A stretch of DNA of 64,000 nt, taken from positions 5,120,001-5,184,000 of the forward strand of contig OZ241917.1 in the NCBI GenBank assembly GCA_965203805.1, written 5' to 3'. Origin of the DNA: Candidatus Latescibacterota bacterium. GTDB taxonomy: Bacteria > Latescibacterota > UBA2968 > GCA-2709665. The notes beneath the pieces were generated by a model that ran no database searches, had not been told where the DNA came from, and saw only the letters and a list, made by a program, of their open reading frames with translations. Positions 28,627 through 39,714 of the stretch are shown here, in pieces (the first letter of the stretch is position 1; the number at the start of each line of letters is the position of its first letter). Position numbers and translations under genes: made by a program.

Positions 28627-29640
28627 TCAAAATATCTTCCCGATTTCATCCCGATCGAATTCGGGCAGGTCTTCCCAGCTACCGCCTACCCGGAGTTTGA
28701 GTCCGAAATCGGGCGATTCGGCGCGCCCGACGATCTCGCAGGAAATGCCGGCGGCTCGGATGGCGTCGCGAACCGGCTCGGCGTCTTCCGGCGCCAGTCC
28801 GATCAACAGCGCGCCGGAGGAGATGACGCCCAGCGGATCGAGTTGGAGTGCATCGCACAGCAGACGCGTTTCCTCGGAGGCGAAGAGCGCGTCTCCATCC
28901 ACGGCGAGTCCGCAGTTCGAGGCGGCCGCGAGTTCCCGAAGCGCCGTGGCAACGCCGCCTTCCGTGGGGTCATGCATCGCGCGCACCGGGGCGGTTTCGC
29001 ACGCGATTCGCGCCTCTGTGATAATGCTGATCCCCGGATCGTGAAGGTAGCCGTGCGCGCTACCGAGCAGGTTGGAATCGAATCCCCGGTCGCGCAACTC
29101 GACCGCTTTCTCTCTGGCCAGGATGGCGGTGGCTTCGATCCCCAACCCTTTGGTAAGCAGAATGCTGTCGCCCGGCCGGAGTCCGCTCGATCGGACCAGA
29201 TCTTCGCGCCGGACTTCGCCCAGCATCTGTCCGACGACGATCGGCCGGTCCAGACCCGCGGTGATTTCAGTGTGACCCCCGCAGAGAGAAACGCCAATCT
29301 CGCCGCAAGCGCGCCGGAGCGATTCGAAGATGGACCGGACGAGGGCCTCGTCCGTCAGGCTATCGGGAAGGAGAAGCGTGGCCAGGAACCAGCGGGGGAC
29401 CGCCCCCATCGTGGCGACGTCGTTGGAGTTGACGTGGACTGCATAGTGGCCGATCTCGTCGGTTGCGAAGGTAATGGGGTCGGTCTTCACCACGAGGCAG
29501 GTCTCGCCGAAGTCGATGACCGCGGCGTCCTCCCCCACCTCCGGTCCCACGAGAACCCGCTCGTCGACCACGCTGCATTCGCGCAGCAGGCCGGAGAGCA
29601 GGTCCAGCGGGAGTTTTCCTGGCGGCAGAAAGGCACACAT
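28627..29640 (-). CDS. AIR synthase-related (HypE/ThiL-like) protein
   Basis: GKLP, GEDAAV, TDPIT, NDVATMG, GGHTE, MHDPTEGG. Confidence 0.85.
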   Translation of the reverse strand: MCAFLPPGKLPLDLLSGLLRECSVVDERVLVGPEVGEDAAVIDFGETCLVVKTDPITFATDEIGHYAVHVNSNDVATMGAVPRWFLATLLLPDSLTDEALVRSIFESLRRACGEIGVSLCGGHTEITAGLDRPIVVGQMLGEVRREDLVRSSGLRPGDSILLTKGLGIEATAILAREKAVELRDRGFDSNLLGSAHGYLHDPGISIITEARIACETAPVRAMHDPTEGGVATALRELAAASNCGLAVDGDALFASEETRLLCDALQLDPLGVISSGALLIGLAPEDAEPVRDAIRAAGISCEIVGRAESPDFGLKLRVGGSWEDLPEFDRDEIGKIF

Positions 29641-29697
29641 GTTCGCAAGTGGATTGGCGAGAAAAGGAAACCGGCGTGGTCCTGGAACGCGGGATTT

Positions 29698-29726
29698 ACG
29701 ATAGGCCAATTCCAGGGGGTTGTCAA
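29698..29726 (-). promoter_or_regulatory. Putative sigma70 promoter
   Basis: Minus strand TTGACA-17bp-TATCGT upstream of the AIR synthase-like gene. Confidence 0.5.
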
Positions 29727-29835
29727 TGGTTTTGCAGGACCGCTGCGCTGTCCGCCCCCGGCGGACCGGCGGGGGCGGCGAAGGGATTTTCCTGTCCGGT
29801 GAGCCGGCTTACCTAGGGCAACAGCTGAAGTTACA

Positions 29836-30894
29836 TCATCGTTTGAAAACGGATCGGAGCACCGCGGTGCGGGGGTCGTCGCTGAGGGGCGTCTCGAGGA
29901 TCCGTCGAAGTTGCGCCAGGCGTGCTTCCGGGTTCCGCCACCTGTTCAGCAGCGGATGACGCGGGTCGGGCCGGGCATCCAGCAGGGACTGCGCGGCAAG
30001 GAGGTGGAGAATTAGATGATGTCCATCCAGCAGGGCCGCAATCTCCGCCTGAGACGCCGCGCGGTATTCCGACGCAAGCGCGGCATATCGCGCGGTCAGG
30101 GCGGGTGTGAGCGCGCTGACGGTCCTGCCGTCAGGTCGTCCGGCGCCGTGAGACGTCGTATACTGGGTCAACCGGCGCTCGGGCCAGTCCCATCCGATCT
30201 TGGAGAATTCGATGAAGCGGAGGGATCGCGTCGCAGGATCGATCACGATGTTGCGGGCCTGGTAGTCGGTCGGGCCGGGCAGCGGCGAGGCCTGTTCGAG
30301 AAATCGCAGAAGCTCCGATAGCGCATCGGAAATCGCCGCTGTACGCATGCGGACCGCACTGGGCGCGAGCTGTTCGACAAGCTGCGGGAAGCCCTGCGCA
30401 AGACATCGGGTGGCTTTGCGCCAGGCGCGGCGCAGATCCTTCGGGTGGCAACCCGGAAAGGTACGCGGGGCGAACACGTCGCAGTGCTCATGAAAGACGG
30501 ATTGGACTCGGCAGAAGCCCTCAACGGCGAGACGGCCATAGGTTCCCGCGGCGCCCTCCTGAAAGACGTCGTCGAGCGTTTGATCGCCGCACCATTCGAA
30601 AAAGACGACGTCGTGGTCGCTGTCGGCGGCATAAAGCCGGGGAACCGGGGCGCCGGACAGGCGCGCGTGCGCAAGCTGCTCAACCTCAAGCAGATCGTGG
30701 GCCTTCCCGCGCGCGAGGGGTGCGAAAACGTGGTGTTTTGCAACGAGGAACGAACCGTTGTCGAGGATGATCTTCCAGACGTTCGGGTGACCGGGGACGG
30801 GCAGGATATCTTCTACCGCGGATCCGCCGGGAACGGCGGCGGGTGCGATACGTCTGATGGCCTCGATCGTCGTTTGGGAGGAACGCACAGACAT
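29836..30894 (-). CDS. Aminoglycoside phosphotransferase/choline kinase-like protein with divergent motifs
   Basis: VAK, PVPRLY, PTDYQARNIV, FIEFSKIGW. Confidence 0.6.
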   Translation of the reverse strand: MSVRSSQTTIEAIRRIAPAAVPGGSAVEDILPVPGHPNVWKIILDNGSFLVAKHHVFAPLARGKAHDLLEVEQLAHARLSGAPVPRLYAADSDHDVVFFEWCGDQTLDDVFQEGAAGTYGRLAVEGFCRVQSVFHEHCDVFAPRTFPGCHPKDLRRAWRKATRCLAQGFPQLVEQLAPSAVRMRTAAISDALSELLRFLEQASPLPGPTDYQARNIVIDPATRSLRFIEFSKIGWDWPERRLTQYTTSHGAGRPDGRTVSALTPALTARYAALASEYRAASQAEIAALLDGHHLILHLLAAQSLLDARPDPRHPLLNRWRNPEARLAQLRRILETPLSDDPRTAVLRSVFKR

Positions 30895-30910
30895 GGCGTG
30901 TGGAGTCGTT

Positions 30911-32182
30911 TTACTTCTGCTGGATCTGCCGTTTTCGCAGCGTGAGGAATTCCGGCGCTTCCCGAATGCAGGAGACAAGGATGCCGAGGGAACGCTTGAA
31001 GGCGTTGAATCCCGTCCGCCGGATCTCGGCGGCGACGTCTCCCACGGCGTCAAATCCGTCTTGCGTGGGCGCAAGGTCCTCCCAGTTCCTGAAGAGGCGG
31101 CCCCAGTCGCTATCCAGAACTTTCCGCATTCGTTTCCTGGCGAGAAACGGATACCAGAAGGTGTCGTGGTAGAGAACGCTGGCCAGGTACGACCAGGGCG
31201 CCAGGAAGGTCTTGAGAGACCACTCGACGGGTTTTTTGAGCGGTCCCCAATAGATCTTGTGCTGCATTCGGGACGCGAATGTCATTTTTCGGAAGGGACC
31301 GGCGAATCGCCAGTTTTCTTCTGCCGCGGCGGTATCCCCCGCAATCCGGATCTCGCGCGGATCGCCGCAACCCAGGCCGCGGTCGTGCGCGAGACGGATG
31401 TACTTGATTGAAAGCGGATCCATCCCCATCATCCTGGCCGCCACCGCGTCGATGGCCACCTGGTCCGCGCTTGCCAGGATGACATTCTTGGTATACGGGA
31501 TCATACACCGCGGACCGGGTCCGTCACCGGCGAAGGTGCCGTCCATGACCGCGAATACGCCGGGGTGGATTTTCTTCTGAATCGTCAACAGGTCCACCAG
31601 GGTCTCGTGGATGACCGGATGGGTCCAGTGGCGCCGTTCGTTGAGAAGGCCGCCGAAGGCGTTTTTCATGGCCCCGGTCGTGGTGGTAAACACGTGGGTC
31701 TTGACGGTGGGCAGGTGGACGATGTTCTCGCCGATCAGGCGCCGCGGAATGTGAAAGCCGTCGGGGTAGACCTGGTTCAGGCACATGAAACCGTCGGCGA
31801 GATCGCCCACCGCATCGCGGACGTGGACCCATTCCTCGCCTTCGTAGAGGTGGATATTCCGCAGGCCGTGGGCATTGACAACGTGGACCTGCTTGTTCTC
31901 TCTCTCGCCCAGCCGGGCGTCGATGACGACCGTCCGGTTGTGGCAGGCATGGATCAGGTCCTTGCGATACCCGTCCTTCGCCATGGCGCGGATCACGCCT
32001 TCCATCTGCCACGGGGTCGTGGAACTGCCGGGGTAGAAGAAATGCCAGGAAATATTCACCTTCAGGGCGGTGTCGAGCTTCCTGTCCAGCACGTCCTGGT
32101 ACCCTGCCAGGTTCATCAGCCGGTGATAGTCTCTCAAGACCGTGTCAGGTCTGGTTTTCAGGACGGCAACCCGGCTCTGCAT
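30911..32182 (-). CDS. DUF362 domain protein
   Basis: LKVNISW, LPTVKTH..TTTGAMKN.FG, ILASADQVAIDA. Confidence 0.8.
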   Translation of the reverse strand: MQSRVAVLKTRPDTVLRDYHRLMNLAGYQDVLDRKLDTALKVNISWHFFYPGSSTTPWQMEGVIRAMAKDGYRKDLIHACHNRTVVIDARLGERENKQVHVVNAHGLRNIHLYEGEEWVHVRDAVGDLADGFMCLNQVYPDGFHIPRRLIGENIVHLPTVKTHVFTTTTGAMKNAFGGLLNERRHWTHPVIHETLVDLLTIQKKIHPGVFAVMDGTFAGDGPGPRCMIPYTKNVILASADQVAIDAVAARMMGMDPLSIKYIRLAHDRGLGCGDPREIRIAGDTAAAEENWRFAGPFRKMTFASRMQHKIYWGPLKKPVEWSLKTFLAPWSYLASVLYHDTFWYPFLARKRMRKVLDSDWGRLFRNWEDLAPTQDGFDAVGDVAAEIRRTGFNAFKRSLGILVSCIREAPEFLTLRKRQIQQK

Positions 32183-32244
32183 AACGAGTGCCTTCAAACG
32201 GTGGCGATGGTGAGGTAAGACCCTTAACGGTCGAGCGGAACGGC

Positions 32245-33114
32245 TTACTTGAAATAGAGCAGGCCGATAACGGCGAGAAACCAGAGGCCGCCGTTGATCA
32301 GCAGCGACGGATCGCCCAGAATGGTTGAGGACGGATTGCCGCCTTCGTTCCTGGCGTAGACCAGATAGAGGTAGCGCAGCAGTCCGTAGATCACGAAGGG
32401 TATGGTGAGATTGAGATGGGGCGTTCCGAGTTTCAGGACGACGTCGGGTGACATCGTGTAAAGCGCGTATGAAACGAGTGCGCCCGCGGTGACCACGGCG
32501 ATCATCTGGTCCAGGAACCGCGGCGTGTATTCATCCAGAATGCGGCGATGTCCGGCCGCGCCGGCTTCCAGGAGGATCAACTCCTGCCGGCGCTTGACGA
32601 ATCCCATGAAGAGCGCCAGCAGGACGGTGCACAGAATCAGCCAGGAGGAGATTTCCACGCTGATGACCAGCGCGCCGGCGATGGCCCGGAACAGGTATCC
32701 CGAGGCGACGATCATCACGTCCAGGATCACGATATGTTTCAGATAGAGTGAATAGGCGACGTTCATCAGCCCGTAGGCGAGGAGTACACACCCGAAGGGG
32801 ACGCTCAACAGAAAGGCCGGCGGAAGGACGAGCAGCGTGATGGCGATCGAGGCGGTCGCCGCTGCGGCGAGGCCAAGCCGGCCCGATGCGACCGGCCGGT
32901 TGCGCTTATCGGGGTGCCGGCGGTCGGATTCGACGTCCCGGACGTCGTTCAGAAGGTAGACCGCGCTCGACATGAAGCAGAAGAGGACGAACGCGACGCC
33001 GCTGCGCAGCAGGTAGCGACCATCGAGCAGGTGTTCCGAGAAGACCAGCGGGGCCAGCACGAACACGCTCTTGATCCACTGGTGCGGCCGCAGGGACTGG
33101 ATGAGTGGACGCAT
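32245..33114 (-). CDS. UbiA-family decaprenyl-phosphate phosphoribosyltransferase
   Basis: LRPHQWIK, YLLNDVRDVESDRRHPDKRNRPVASG, AYSLYLKH, KRRQE; multi-TM. Confidence 0.88.
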   Translation of the reverse strand: MRPLIQSLRPHQWIKSVFVLAPLVFSEHLLDGRYLLRSGVAFVLFCFMSSAVYLLNDVRDVESDRRHPDKRNRPVASGRLGLAAAATASIAITLLVLPPAFLLSVPFGCVLLAYGLMNVAYSLYLKHIVILDVMIVASGYLFRAIAGALVISVEISSWLILCTVLLALFMGFVKRRQELILLEAGAAGHRRILDEYTPRFLDQMIAVVTAGALVSYALYTMSPDVVLKLGTPHLNLTIPFVIYGLLRYLYLVYARNEGGNPSSTILGDPSLLINGGLWFLAVIGLLYFK

Positions 33115-33190
33115 AGGCGGGAGGGTTCGGGCGTTGGAAGACCGGGGTCGGAATTCCGGCGGATCAGTTCCGGCCTCCGCAATGCAGCTT

Positions 33191-36100
33191 TCAGATCGTC
33201 AGGCCGAAGTAGATGCGGTTGTTGTCGATGTCCCGGCCCTGAATGCTGTCGCGGGTGGGGAAGGCAATCTGGAAATAACCGTAGAGGGGAATCCGGTAGT
33301 GCGTGAACATTTGCATGCGAAGCTCGAAGCCCCAGTCGGTCAGAAAGGCCGATCGTTTGAACCTGTCGTCTGAATCGAGCAGGGCCCGCAGGCTCTCGAA
33401 ATTGCCCGTGGCGCCGGTCTCCACGAAGAAAGTGCCGTAGATTTTATCGAAGAAGTATGGCGGCAGTTCCTTCGCGGCGTTCTTGAAGATCGGAAAGGTC
33501 AGACTGGCCCTCGCGAGCAGGGCTTTGCCCCCGGACGTGGAGAAATAAGGATATCCCCTGAGGGTGCCAAGACCGCCCAGATAGTACCGGAGAGGATAGT
33601 AGAATACGCCTTCGGCCGACGAGGTGTTCTCCTGTACGTCCTTTATGGGTTTGTCCTTGTAGGCGAGGAAGGCCTGGAGGGCGAGCGTCGATCGGCCGCC
33701 AAGTCCGATGAATTCATTCCAGGACACGACGTATTCATTAATGCCCAACTTTGTCGGATCCGACAGGAAGGTCGGGGCGGCAACGCCGTCCTGGTTCACC
33801 TGGGACCGAAACAGCGAATCGGTAACGGAGGCGTTGATGCGCCGGTACCTTAGAGTAATCGCCCTGCCGCGGGACGGGTTCACGAACATATCCTTTGCCG
33901 GCTGGAAATTGAAATACCGCCAGCCGACCGTGAGGTCGTTGCTCTTGAAAAAGCTGAGATCACGATACAGGAAATCGTCGAAAACGACCTCATCTTCGCC
34001 CAGACCGGGGATCTGATCCGTGATGTCGGTAATGACGCCGCTTCTGTTCTGGACCAGCCTCGTGCTGTCCAGGATGACCTGTTTCGCATGGGAGCTCTCC
34101 TTGTACCCCCTCCGGCCGTACGTCATGGACAGCACCTGGCGCCTGCCGATGCTGGTTTCAATGCCCACTACGAAATCACTGAACAGGTTCTTGTACCTGT
34201 CTTCCTGGGTGAGGGAGAGGTTCGTGAAACTGGTGACTCCTGGCACCAGCCGCAGGGTGTCGTCGACCACGATCTGCAGTGTGCCCGACGTGGTGTCCCG
34301 GCGGGCGTCCACAATGCCCCGGTCGATCTGGCTGTTGATGGTCTGCTGGCTGGCGCCGACAAAAATCCTGGGCGCGTACGTCCGGTCTTCGGTGTGAACC
34401 GCCGGCAGGCCCCTCGTATAGAACGCGGAGAAATTGGAGTTCAGGTCCACGTCCTTTTTCAGGTTCTTGCCAACCGTGAAGCCGGTGTAGATATTGTCGC
34501 TTCCCAGGAGGTCGCCCCACGCGGCTTCGGCGCCCACGCTCAGCTGATCCAGGCCGAACCGGTTACCGATAAAGGTCGGTCCCAGCGAAAGAATTGGCAC
34601 GACGCCGATGGAAGACAGGCGTGGCGCATACCTGCCGGTATTGAACAGGTCGCCGATTTTCTTGCCCTTGTAGATGCTGCTGTAGTCCCGCACCAGGGAA
34701 TCGGCCGGCGCGGCCGCCACGGCGCCGGACTTCCGGATGCGGTAGATGTTGTAATTCGCGGCATGGTATCCCGAGTAGAGGATTTCGTCACCATCGGGCG
34801 AAACCGAGGGCGAAAAAGCGCCGCCGATGACGTTGGAGAGCTGTTCCTGCCTTCCCGTGGTGAGGTCGAGGGCGTAGATGTTGAAGATGCCGGTCCGGTC
34901 GGAGGCGTACACGATACCGCTGCCGCCGGGAAGCCAGACCGCGTCACGTTCATCGGCTCTGGTATTGATGATTACCTCGAAGCCAGCGTTGTGGGCGTAG
35001 GCCAGGCTGTCGGGGAAGGCGACCATGCTGTCTCGGCTGGCGGCTTCAGCCAGCGCGAGGCTGTCGGCCTCCGCCTGGACGCTGTCCATCCCGGATTCGG
35101 CTTTCTTCCTTTCGGCGATACGCTCGGCCAACTCCTGCTTTTCGGTCTTCTTCTTGTCGGTTTTCTTCGGCCGCGGCGTGGCATCCGCGCTGATGACGGC
35201 AATGTCCCGATCTTCCCCCCGGAAAATGCTGAAAAGGAGCATGTTTCCGTCTTCCGACCACCGGGGCGTGTAGTATTGCGTGCCGTTGTTGTTGTTGGTC
35301 AGATAACGGACCTCCGTGCCATCGATGTTTACGATGCCCAGGTTGGAGGTCCCGTCCCGATTGCCCACGAACGCAATTTTCGCCCCGTCGGGAGACACCG
35401 CAGGGTCTCTTCCTCGCAGGCCGACGGTGACGCGCCGCTCCTTGCGCGTGATGAGATCGTAGATGAAGATGTCCCAGTTGCCCCCGACGGATTTACTGTA
35501 CACCAGGGCGTTGCCGTCGGGCATCCATGAAAAGGGAAGGTTAACGTATTTCCCGTATTTCCGGCTTCTGGCCACCTTTGTCAGCTTTCGCGTGGTCAGA
35601 TCCATCACGAGCATCTCCATGATGGCGTAGTCGCTTCCCTCGTTGCTGATGAACGCCATTTTCGTGCCGTCGGGCGAGTAGGTGGGGAAGTGTTCCACGT
35701 CACCCCGATCCGAGAGCAGTTCGCCCTCCCGCTCTCCCGACGCGCGGATGGAGTCCGCGAGGTCGCCATATTTGCGATCGAGATGTGCCGTCCATTCGTC
35801 GTAGAGTTCAGGAGCGGATCTGCCGGTGCTTTTCTTGACCGCGGATTTGAAGTTGACAATCGGCCGGTGCCTGGACATCGCCCGTACGGAGTCCTGGCCG
35901 TAGGTCTCGGCCAGGTAATTCAGGAAGGCATAGCCCTGGTTGTATACCTGTTCCGATTTGAATCCGTCTTTGCCGAACACGCCCATGTTCGTATAGGAAA
36001 GCAGGTCGTCTTCAAGCGTCGCCATCCGCAGGATCATATCCCGGTGGGTGTCCCAGAGGTCTCCCCCGTACTTTTTGGACTCAAACTGGGCGATCCCTTC

Positions 36101-36757
36101 CGCGTACCAGTTCGGCATCGCGGAGTGGTAAAGCGGGAGAAAGAAGCCGAAGTCCGGATTCCGGTTGGAGCGGCGGCTGCCGAGCAGGCCGAAGACAAAG
36201 GGCATGCTGTTGTGAGAAGATTTGAGCGTGATGTGGTGGGTGAGTTCGTGGGTGAATACGTCGAGCACCCAGTCGTGAGTGCCTCGAGAGTCCCAGTTGA
36301 GGGGTGTGGCCCCGAAGAATATCAGATTTCCCAGGTAGGCCGAGTAGGCGTTTCCCAGAATGTCGATGTCGGAAACGATCACGTGAACCGGGGCGTAGCG
36401 ATCTATGGAACCCGGGTAGTGACGGGATATCTTTTCGAAGGTGTCGTCGGCAATTTCGGCGATGCGGCGGGCCGTGTTTTCCGCTTCCGCGTAGTAGATG
36501 GCGAAATACTTTGTGCGGATTGCCCGTGCGCCCGGCACGTGGAGGCCGAGCAGGGCGGGAAAGAAATGACGCTCGTGCCGATCCCAGGTGTAATCGGGCA
36601 TGGTGCGGTTCAACGGGACGTCGGCGATGTCTACCGTGGGACCGAATTTGTATTTTCTGGGAATCTGCTGGGCGTCTGACGGGATCGTCGCGCCGGACGA
36701 AAGTGTGATCAGAACGGCGGTGAAGACGCCGATGGATAGAATCGCGGATCGGTTCAC
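33191..36757 (-). CDS. Secreted protein: MA-like zinc peptidase + TolB/PD40 beta-propeller + BamA/Omp85-like C-terminal barrel
   Basis: Signal peptide after GTG/AGGAG; HELTH...WYAEGIAQ; repeated P.(Y/V/W)SPDG motifs; LGGLGTLRGY and terminal IYFGLTI. Confidence 0.75.
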   Translation of the reverse strand: MNRSAILSIGVFTAVLITLSSGATIPSDAQQIPRKYKFGPTVDIADVPLNRTMPDYTWDRHERHFFPALLGLHVPGARAIRTKYFAIYYAEAENTARRIAEIADDTFEKISRHYPGSIDRYAPVHVIVSDIDILGNAYSAYLGNLIFFGATPLNWDSRGTHDWVLDVFTHELTHHITLKSSHNSMPFVFGLLGSRRSNRNPDFGFFLPLYHSAMPNWYAEGIAQFESKKYGGDLWDTHRDMILRMATLEDDLLSYTNMGVFGKDGFKSEQVYNQGYAFLNYLAETYGQDSVRAMSRHRPIVNFKSAVKKSTGRSAPELYDEWTAHLDRKYGDLADSIRASGEREGELLSDRGDVEHFPTYSPDGTKMAFISNEGSDYAIMEMLVMDLTTRKLTKVARSRKYGKYVNLPFSWMPDGNALVYSKSVGGNWDIFIYDLITRKERRVTVGLRGRDPAVSPDGAKIAFVGNRDGTSNLGIVNIDGTEVRYLTNNNNGTQYYTPRWSEDGNMLLFSIFRGEDRDIAVISADATPRPKKTDKKKTEKQELAERIAERKKAESGMDSVQAEADSLALAEAASRDSMVAFPDSLAYAHNAGFEVIINTRADERDAVWLPGGSGIVYASDRTGIFNIYALDLTTGRQEQLSNVIGGAFSPSVSPDGDEILYSGYHAANYNIYRIRKSGAVAAAPADSLVRDYSSIYKGKKIGDLFNTGRYAPRLSSIGVVPILSLGPTFIGNRFGLDQLSVGAEAAWGDLLGSDNIYTGFTVGKNLKKDVDLNSNFSAFYTRGLPAVHTEDRTYAPRIFVGASQQTINSQIDRGIVDARRDTTSGTLQIVVDDTLRLVPGVTSFTNLSLTQEDRYKNLFSDFVVGIETSIGRRQVLSMTYGRRGYKESSHAKQVILDSTRLVQNRSGVITDITDQIPGLGEDEVVFDDFLYRDLSFFKSNDLTVGWRYFNFQPAKDMFVNPSRGRAITLRYRRINASVTDSLFRSQVNQDGVAAPTFLSDPTKLGINEYVVSWNEFIGLGGRSTLALQAFLAYKDKPIKDVQENTSSAEGVFYYPLRYYLGGLGTLRGYPYFSTSGGKALLARASLTFPIFKNAAKELPPYFFDKIYGTFFVETGATGNFESLRALLDSDDRFKRSAFLTDWGFELRMQMFTHYRIPLYGYFQIAFPTRDSIQGRDIDNNRIYFGLTI

Positions 36758-36891
36758 GTGCTTCTCCTGGACTTCAATGGATGGATTGGGGTGGATTGGA
36801 CGGCCGACGGGAAGTTGCACGACGCGCTTTCGCGCCGGTCGGCTATAAAAGTAAACAATTAGACCTCCAAAGACAACGAACGGTTCCAATT

Positions 36892-37881
36892 TCAGTCCGT
36901 CGGGAGGTGTTGCCGGGTGCGCAGAATACACGCGACGCTGTGGTTCCCGCCGATTTCAAGCAACTCCGGCACGATTTTCGTGCATGCGTCTTCCCGTTCG
37001 GGGCAGCGCGGATGAAAGGGACAGCCGTGAGGGATGTTGGCGGGACTGGGGACGTCTCCGGTCAGTACGGTGCGCTGCTTTTTGATGCGCGGGTCCGGTA
37101 CGGGGACGGCCGAAAGCAGGGCGCGGGTGTAAGGGTGTTGCGGAGCGTCGCACAGGGTGTGGCTTTCCGCGATTTCCACGATGCGTCCCAGGTACATCAC
37201 CGCGATGCGGTTGGAGATGTGTCTGACAACGCTCAGGTCGTGCGCCACAAAGAGGAAGGTGAGGCCGAACCGGCCCTGAAGATCCTGAAGCAGATTGATG
37301 ATCTGGGCCTGGATCGACACGTCCAGGGCCGAAACGGGTTCGTCCGCAACGATGAATTCCGGATTCACGGCCAGAGCGCGGGAAATGCCGATGCGCTGGC
37401 GCTGCCCGCCGCTGAATTCGTGGGGATACCGGCGGGCATGGTCCGGTCGGAGGCCCACGGTGTCCAGGAGCTCTGCCACCCGTTCCCGTGTATCGCTTCC
37501 ATCGGTCAGTTTGTGGATTTTCAACGCTTCGGCCAACATCCCCCCGACCGTCATACGGGGATTCAGCGAACTGTAGGGGTCCTGGAAAATGATCTGCATC
37601 CGGCGCCGTACGCCGCGAAGCTCCGAGCGGTTCAGGCCGAAGACGTCGGCGCCGTTAAACAGCACGCGCCCCTCCGTGGCTTCGATGAGCCGCAAAATGG
37701 TCCTCCCCGCCGTCGTCTTGCCGCATCCGGATTCTCCGACCAGACCCAGGGTTTCCCCCCGCTGGACGGAGAAGGAGACGCCGTCTACGGCCTTGACGTA
37801 GCCGACGGTCCGGGAGAAAACCCCGCGGGTTATCGGGAAATGCTTCTTGAGGCCGTGGACTTCGAGCAGGGGCTTCGACAT
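36892..37881 (-). CDS. oppF: Oligopeptide/dipeptide ABC transporter ATP-binding subunit
   Basis: [34 protein letters not shown]-terminal Cys motif. Confidence 0.93.
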   Translation of the reverse strand: MSKPLLEVHGLKKHFPITRGVFSRTVGYVKAVDGVSFSVQRGETLGLVGESGCGKTTAGRTILRLIEATEGRVLFNGADVFGLNRSELRGVRRRMQIIFQDPYSSLNPRMTVGGMLAEALKIHKLTDGSDTRERVAELLDTVGLRPDHARRYPHEFSGGQRQRIGISRALAVNPEFIVADEPVSALDVSIQAQIINLLQDLQGRFGLTFLFVAHDLSVVRHISNRIAVMYLGRIVEIAESHTLCDAPQHPYTRALLSAVPVPDPRIKKQRTVLTGDVPSPANIPHGCPFHPRCPEREDACTKIVPELLEIGGNHSVACILRTRQHLPTD

Positions 37882-37882
37882 A

Positions 37883-38884
37883 TCAATCCGATCGCGTCGC
37901 GGGAGAGGGATAATCTTCGACCATCCAGCAGGCCACGTGGCGGCTGCCGGCGGTCGGTTCCAGGCGCGGTTCGTCCGTTACACACACGTCTTCCGCCAGG
38001 GAACACCGGGGCGCAAACCGGCATCCGTCGGGAAAACGGGTCGCGTCGGGCACCGTGCCCGGGATCACGGACAGCCGGTTCTTCTCTTCGCTGAGCGTGG
38101 GTATGGATTCCAGCAAGCCCCTCGTGTAGGGGTGCTGAGGGCTTGCGAAGATCTCGTCCACCGTTCCGGTCTCCACGATCTTCCCGGCGTACATGACCGC
38201 CACGCGGTCCGCAACTTCAGCGATGACTCCCAGGTCGTGGGTGATCATCAGGACGGCCATTCCCAATTCCTTCTGAAGCCGGTCCAGAAGTTCCAGAATC
38301 TGTGCCTGAATGGTCACGTCTAGCGCCGTTGTGGGCTCGTCGGCGATCAGCAGTTCCGGGTTGCACGAAAGGGCCATGGCAATCATCACCCGCTGGCGCA
38401 TGCCTCCGGAGAGCTGGTGAGGGTACTCGTTTGCCCGTTGTCCGGGATCCGGAATGCCCACCAGATTGAGCATGTCCACGGTTTTGGCCCGGGCGGCGTC
38501 CCTGGCGAGGCGCTGGTGGAGCATGACGGCTTCGTCAATCTGGTCTCCACAGGTAAACACAGGGTTGAGGCTGGTCATCGGCTCCTGGAAAATCATCGCG
38601 ATGTCGTTGCCCCTGACGCCCTGGAATGCGGCTTCATCCAGACTCAGCAGATTCCGTCCGTTGAATCGGATCTCGCCCTGGACGATTTCACCCGGCGGTT
38701 CCGGTAACAGACGCATGACGGACAGCGACGTAACGCTCTTTCCGCATCCGGATTCTCCCACCAGGCCCAGGGTTTCGCCCTTGTCCAGGGTGAAGGAGAC
38801 GCCATCCACGGCTTTGGCGATGCCGCCGTCCGTATGGAAGTGCGTCTTCAGGTCTTCGACGGTCAGAAGGGGCTCCGACATCAT
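37883..38884 (-). CDS. oppD: Oligopeptide/dipeptide ABC transporter ATP-binding subunit
   Basis: [25 protein letters not shown]. Confidence 0.93.
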   Translation of the reverse strand: MMSEPLLTVEDLKTHFHTDGGIAKAVDGVSFTLDKGETLGLVGESGCGKSVTSLSVMRLLPEPPGEIVQGEIRFNGRNLLSLDEAAFQGVRGNDIAMIFQEPMTSLNPVFTCGDQIDEAVMLHQRLARDAARAKTVDMLNLVGIPDPGQRANEYPHQLSGGMRQRVMIAMALSCNPELLIADEPTTALDVTIQAQILELLDRLQKELGMAVLMITHDLGVIAEVADRVAVMYAGKIVETGTVDEIFASPQHPYTRGLLESIPTLSEEKNRLSVIPGTVPDATRFPDGCRFAPRCSLAEDVCVTDEPRLEPTAGSRHVACWMVEDYPSPATRSD

Positions 38885-38970
38885 GCCGACCCTGTATTAA
38901 ACGTGCGCCAATTGCGGATGCGCCGGTTCGAAAAGCACACCATGGATCGATAGACAATCGCTCCGCCGGG

Positions 38971-39714
38971 TCAGAAAAGCGGCGGGTTCAGATGCAGCCA
39001 GTCTTCAAGCAGGAAATCCACGCGGCCGATGAGCAGGGAGATACGCGCCATGACGGTATAACCGAACGAAGCGCCGAACGAGACCATCAGGAAATAGATG
39101 CCCACCCTGGAGATGCCGCCCACAACCCCTTTATGTTCGACGGAGAAATAAAAGTAGATGAGTACGCTCACCACGCCGATCAGGATGATCGCCGGGTTCA
39201 GTACGGCCCATCCGAAGTCCGCCGACGCCAGAGAAAACGGGCTTATTGTGGGTTCGATCTGTTCGATGATGAACGAGGCCACGCGGCGGGGGATGGCCAG
39301 GCCCGCGCCGAGCCCCACGAAGAAAGCGAAGGAGATGCGGCTGAGCCACACCCCTCTGCCGAAAAAGCGGGTCATCAGGAAAAGGCCGAGACATGCCGGA
39401 ACGAGCACCAGCCATTTGACGCCCGTGTCGGCCGGTGGACGGAAGAGAGGATTCACCACGTCCACCAGGATGCTCTGGTACCAGACCAGCGCCAGCTCGT
39501 ATGCGGCAACAACGCCCACGTAGAGGTGCTCGGCCAGCTTGAAGAGCGGATTGTCCCTGTAGAGGAAGCTGTACAACGCGAGTGTGATCCCGGCGGCGAG
39601 GATAATCCCGAACCCCGACCAGTCTGCCTGCAGATCGCCGGCGGCCAGCAGATACCCGTTTACGACCGCAAAGAGCAGAATGAAAACCGGGAAGACGATG
39701 TTTTCTCTATTCAT
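38971..39714 (-). CDS. Multi-pass membrane protein of the GlmL/DUF6754 module
   Basis: About 6-7 hydrophobic segments; YSFLYRDNPLFKLAEH, FGASFGYTVMARISLLIGR. Confidence 0.8.
   Translation of the reverse strand: MNRENIVFPVFILLFAVVNGYLLAAGDLQADWSGFGIILAAGITLALYSFLYRDNPLFKLAEHLYVGVVAAYELALVWYQSILVDVVNPLFRPPADTGVKWLVLVPACLGLFLMTRFFGRGVWLSRISFAFFVGLGAGLAIPRRVASFIIEQIEPTISPFSLASADFGWAVLNPAIILIGVVSVLIYFYFSVEHKGVVGGISRVGIYFLMVSFGASFGYTVMARISLLIGRVDFLLEDWLHLNPPLF

Noticed and set aside
28627-29640. Hydrogenase maturation locus
   Set aside because: No other hyp or hydrogenase genes, and the HypE C-terminal PRIC motif is absent.
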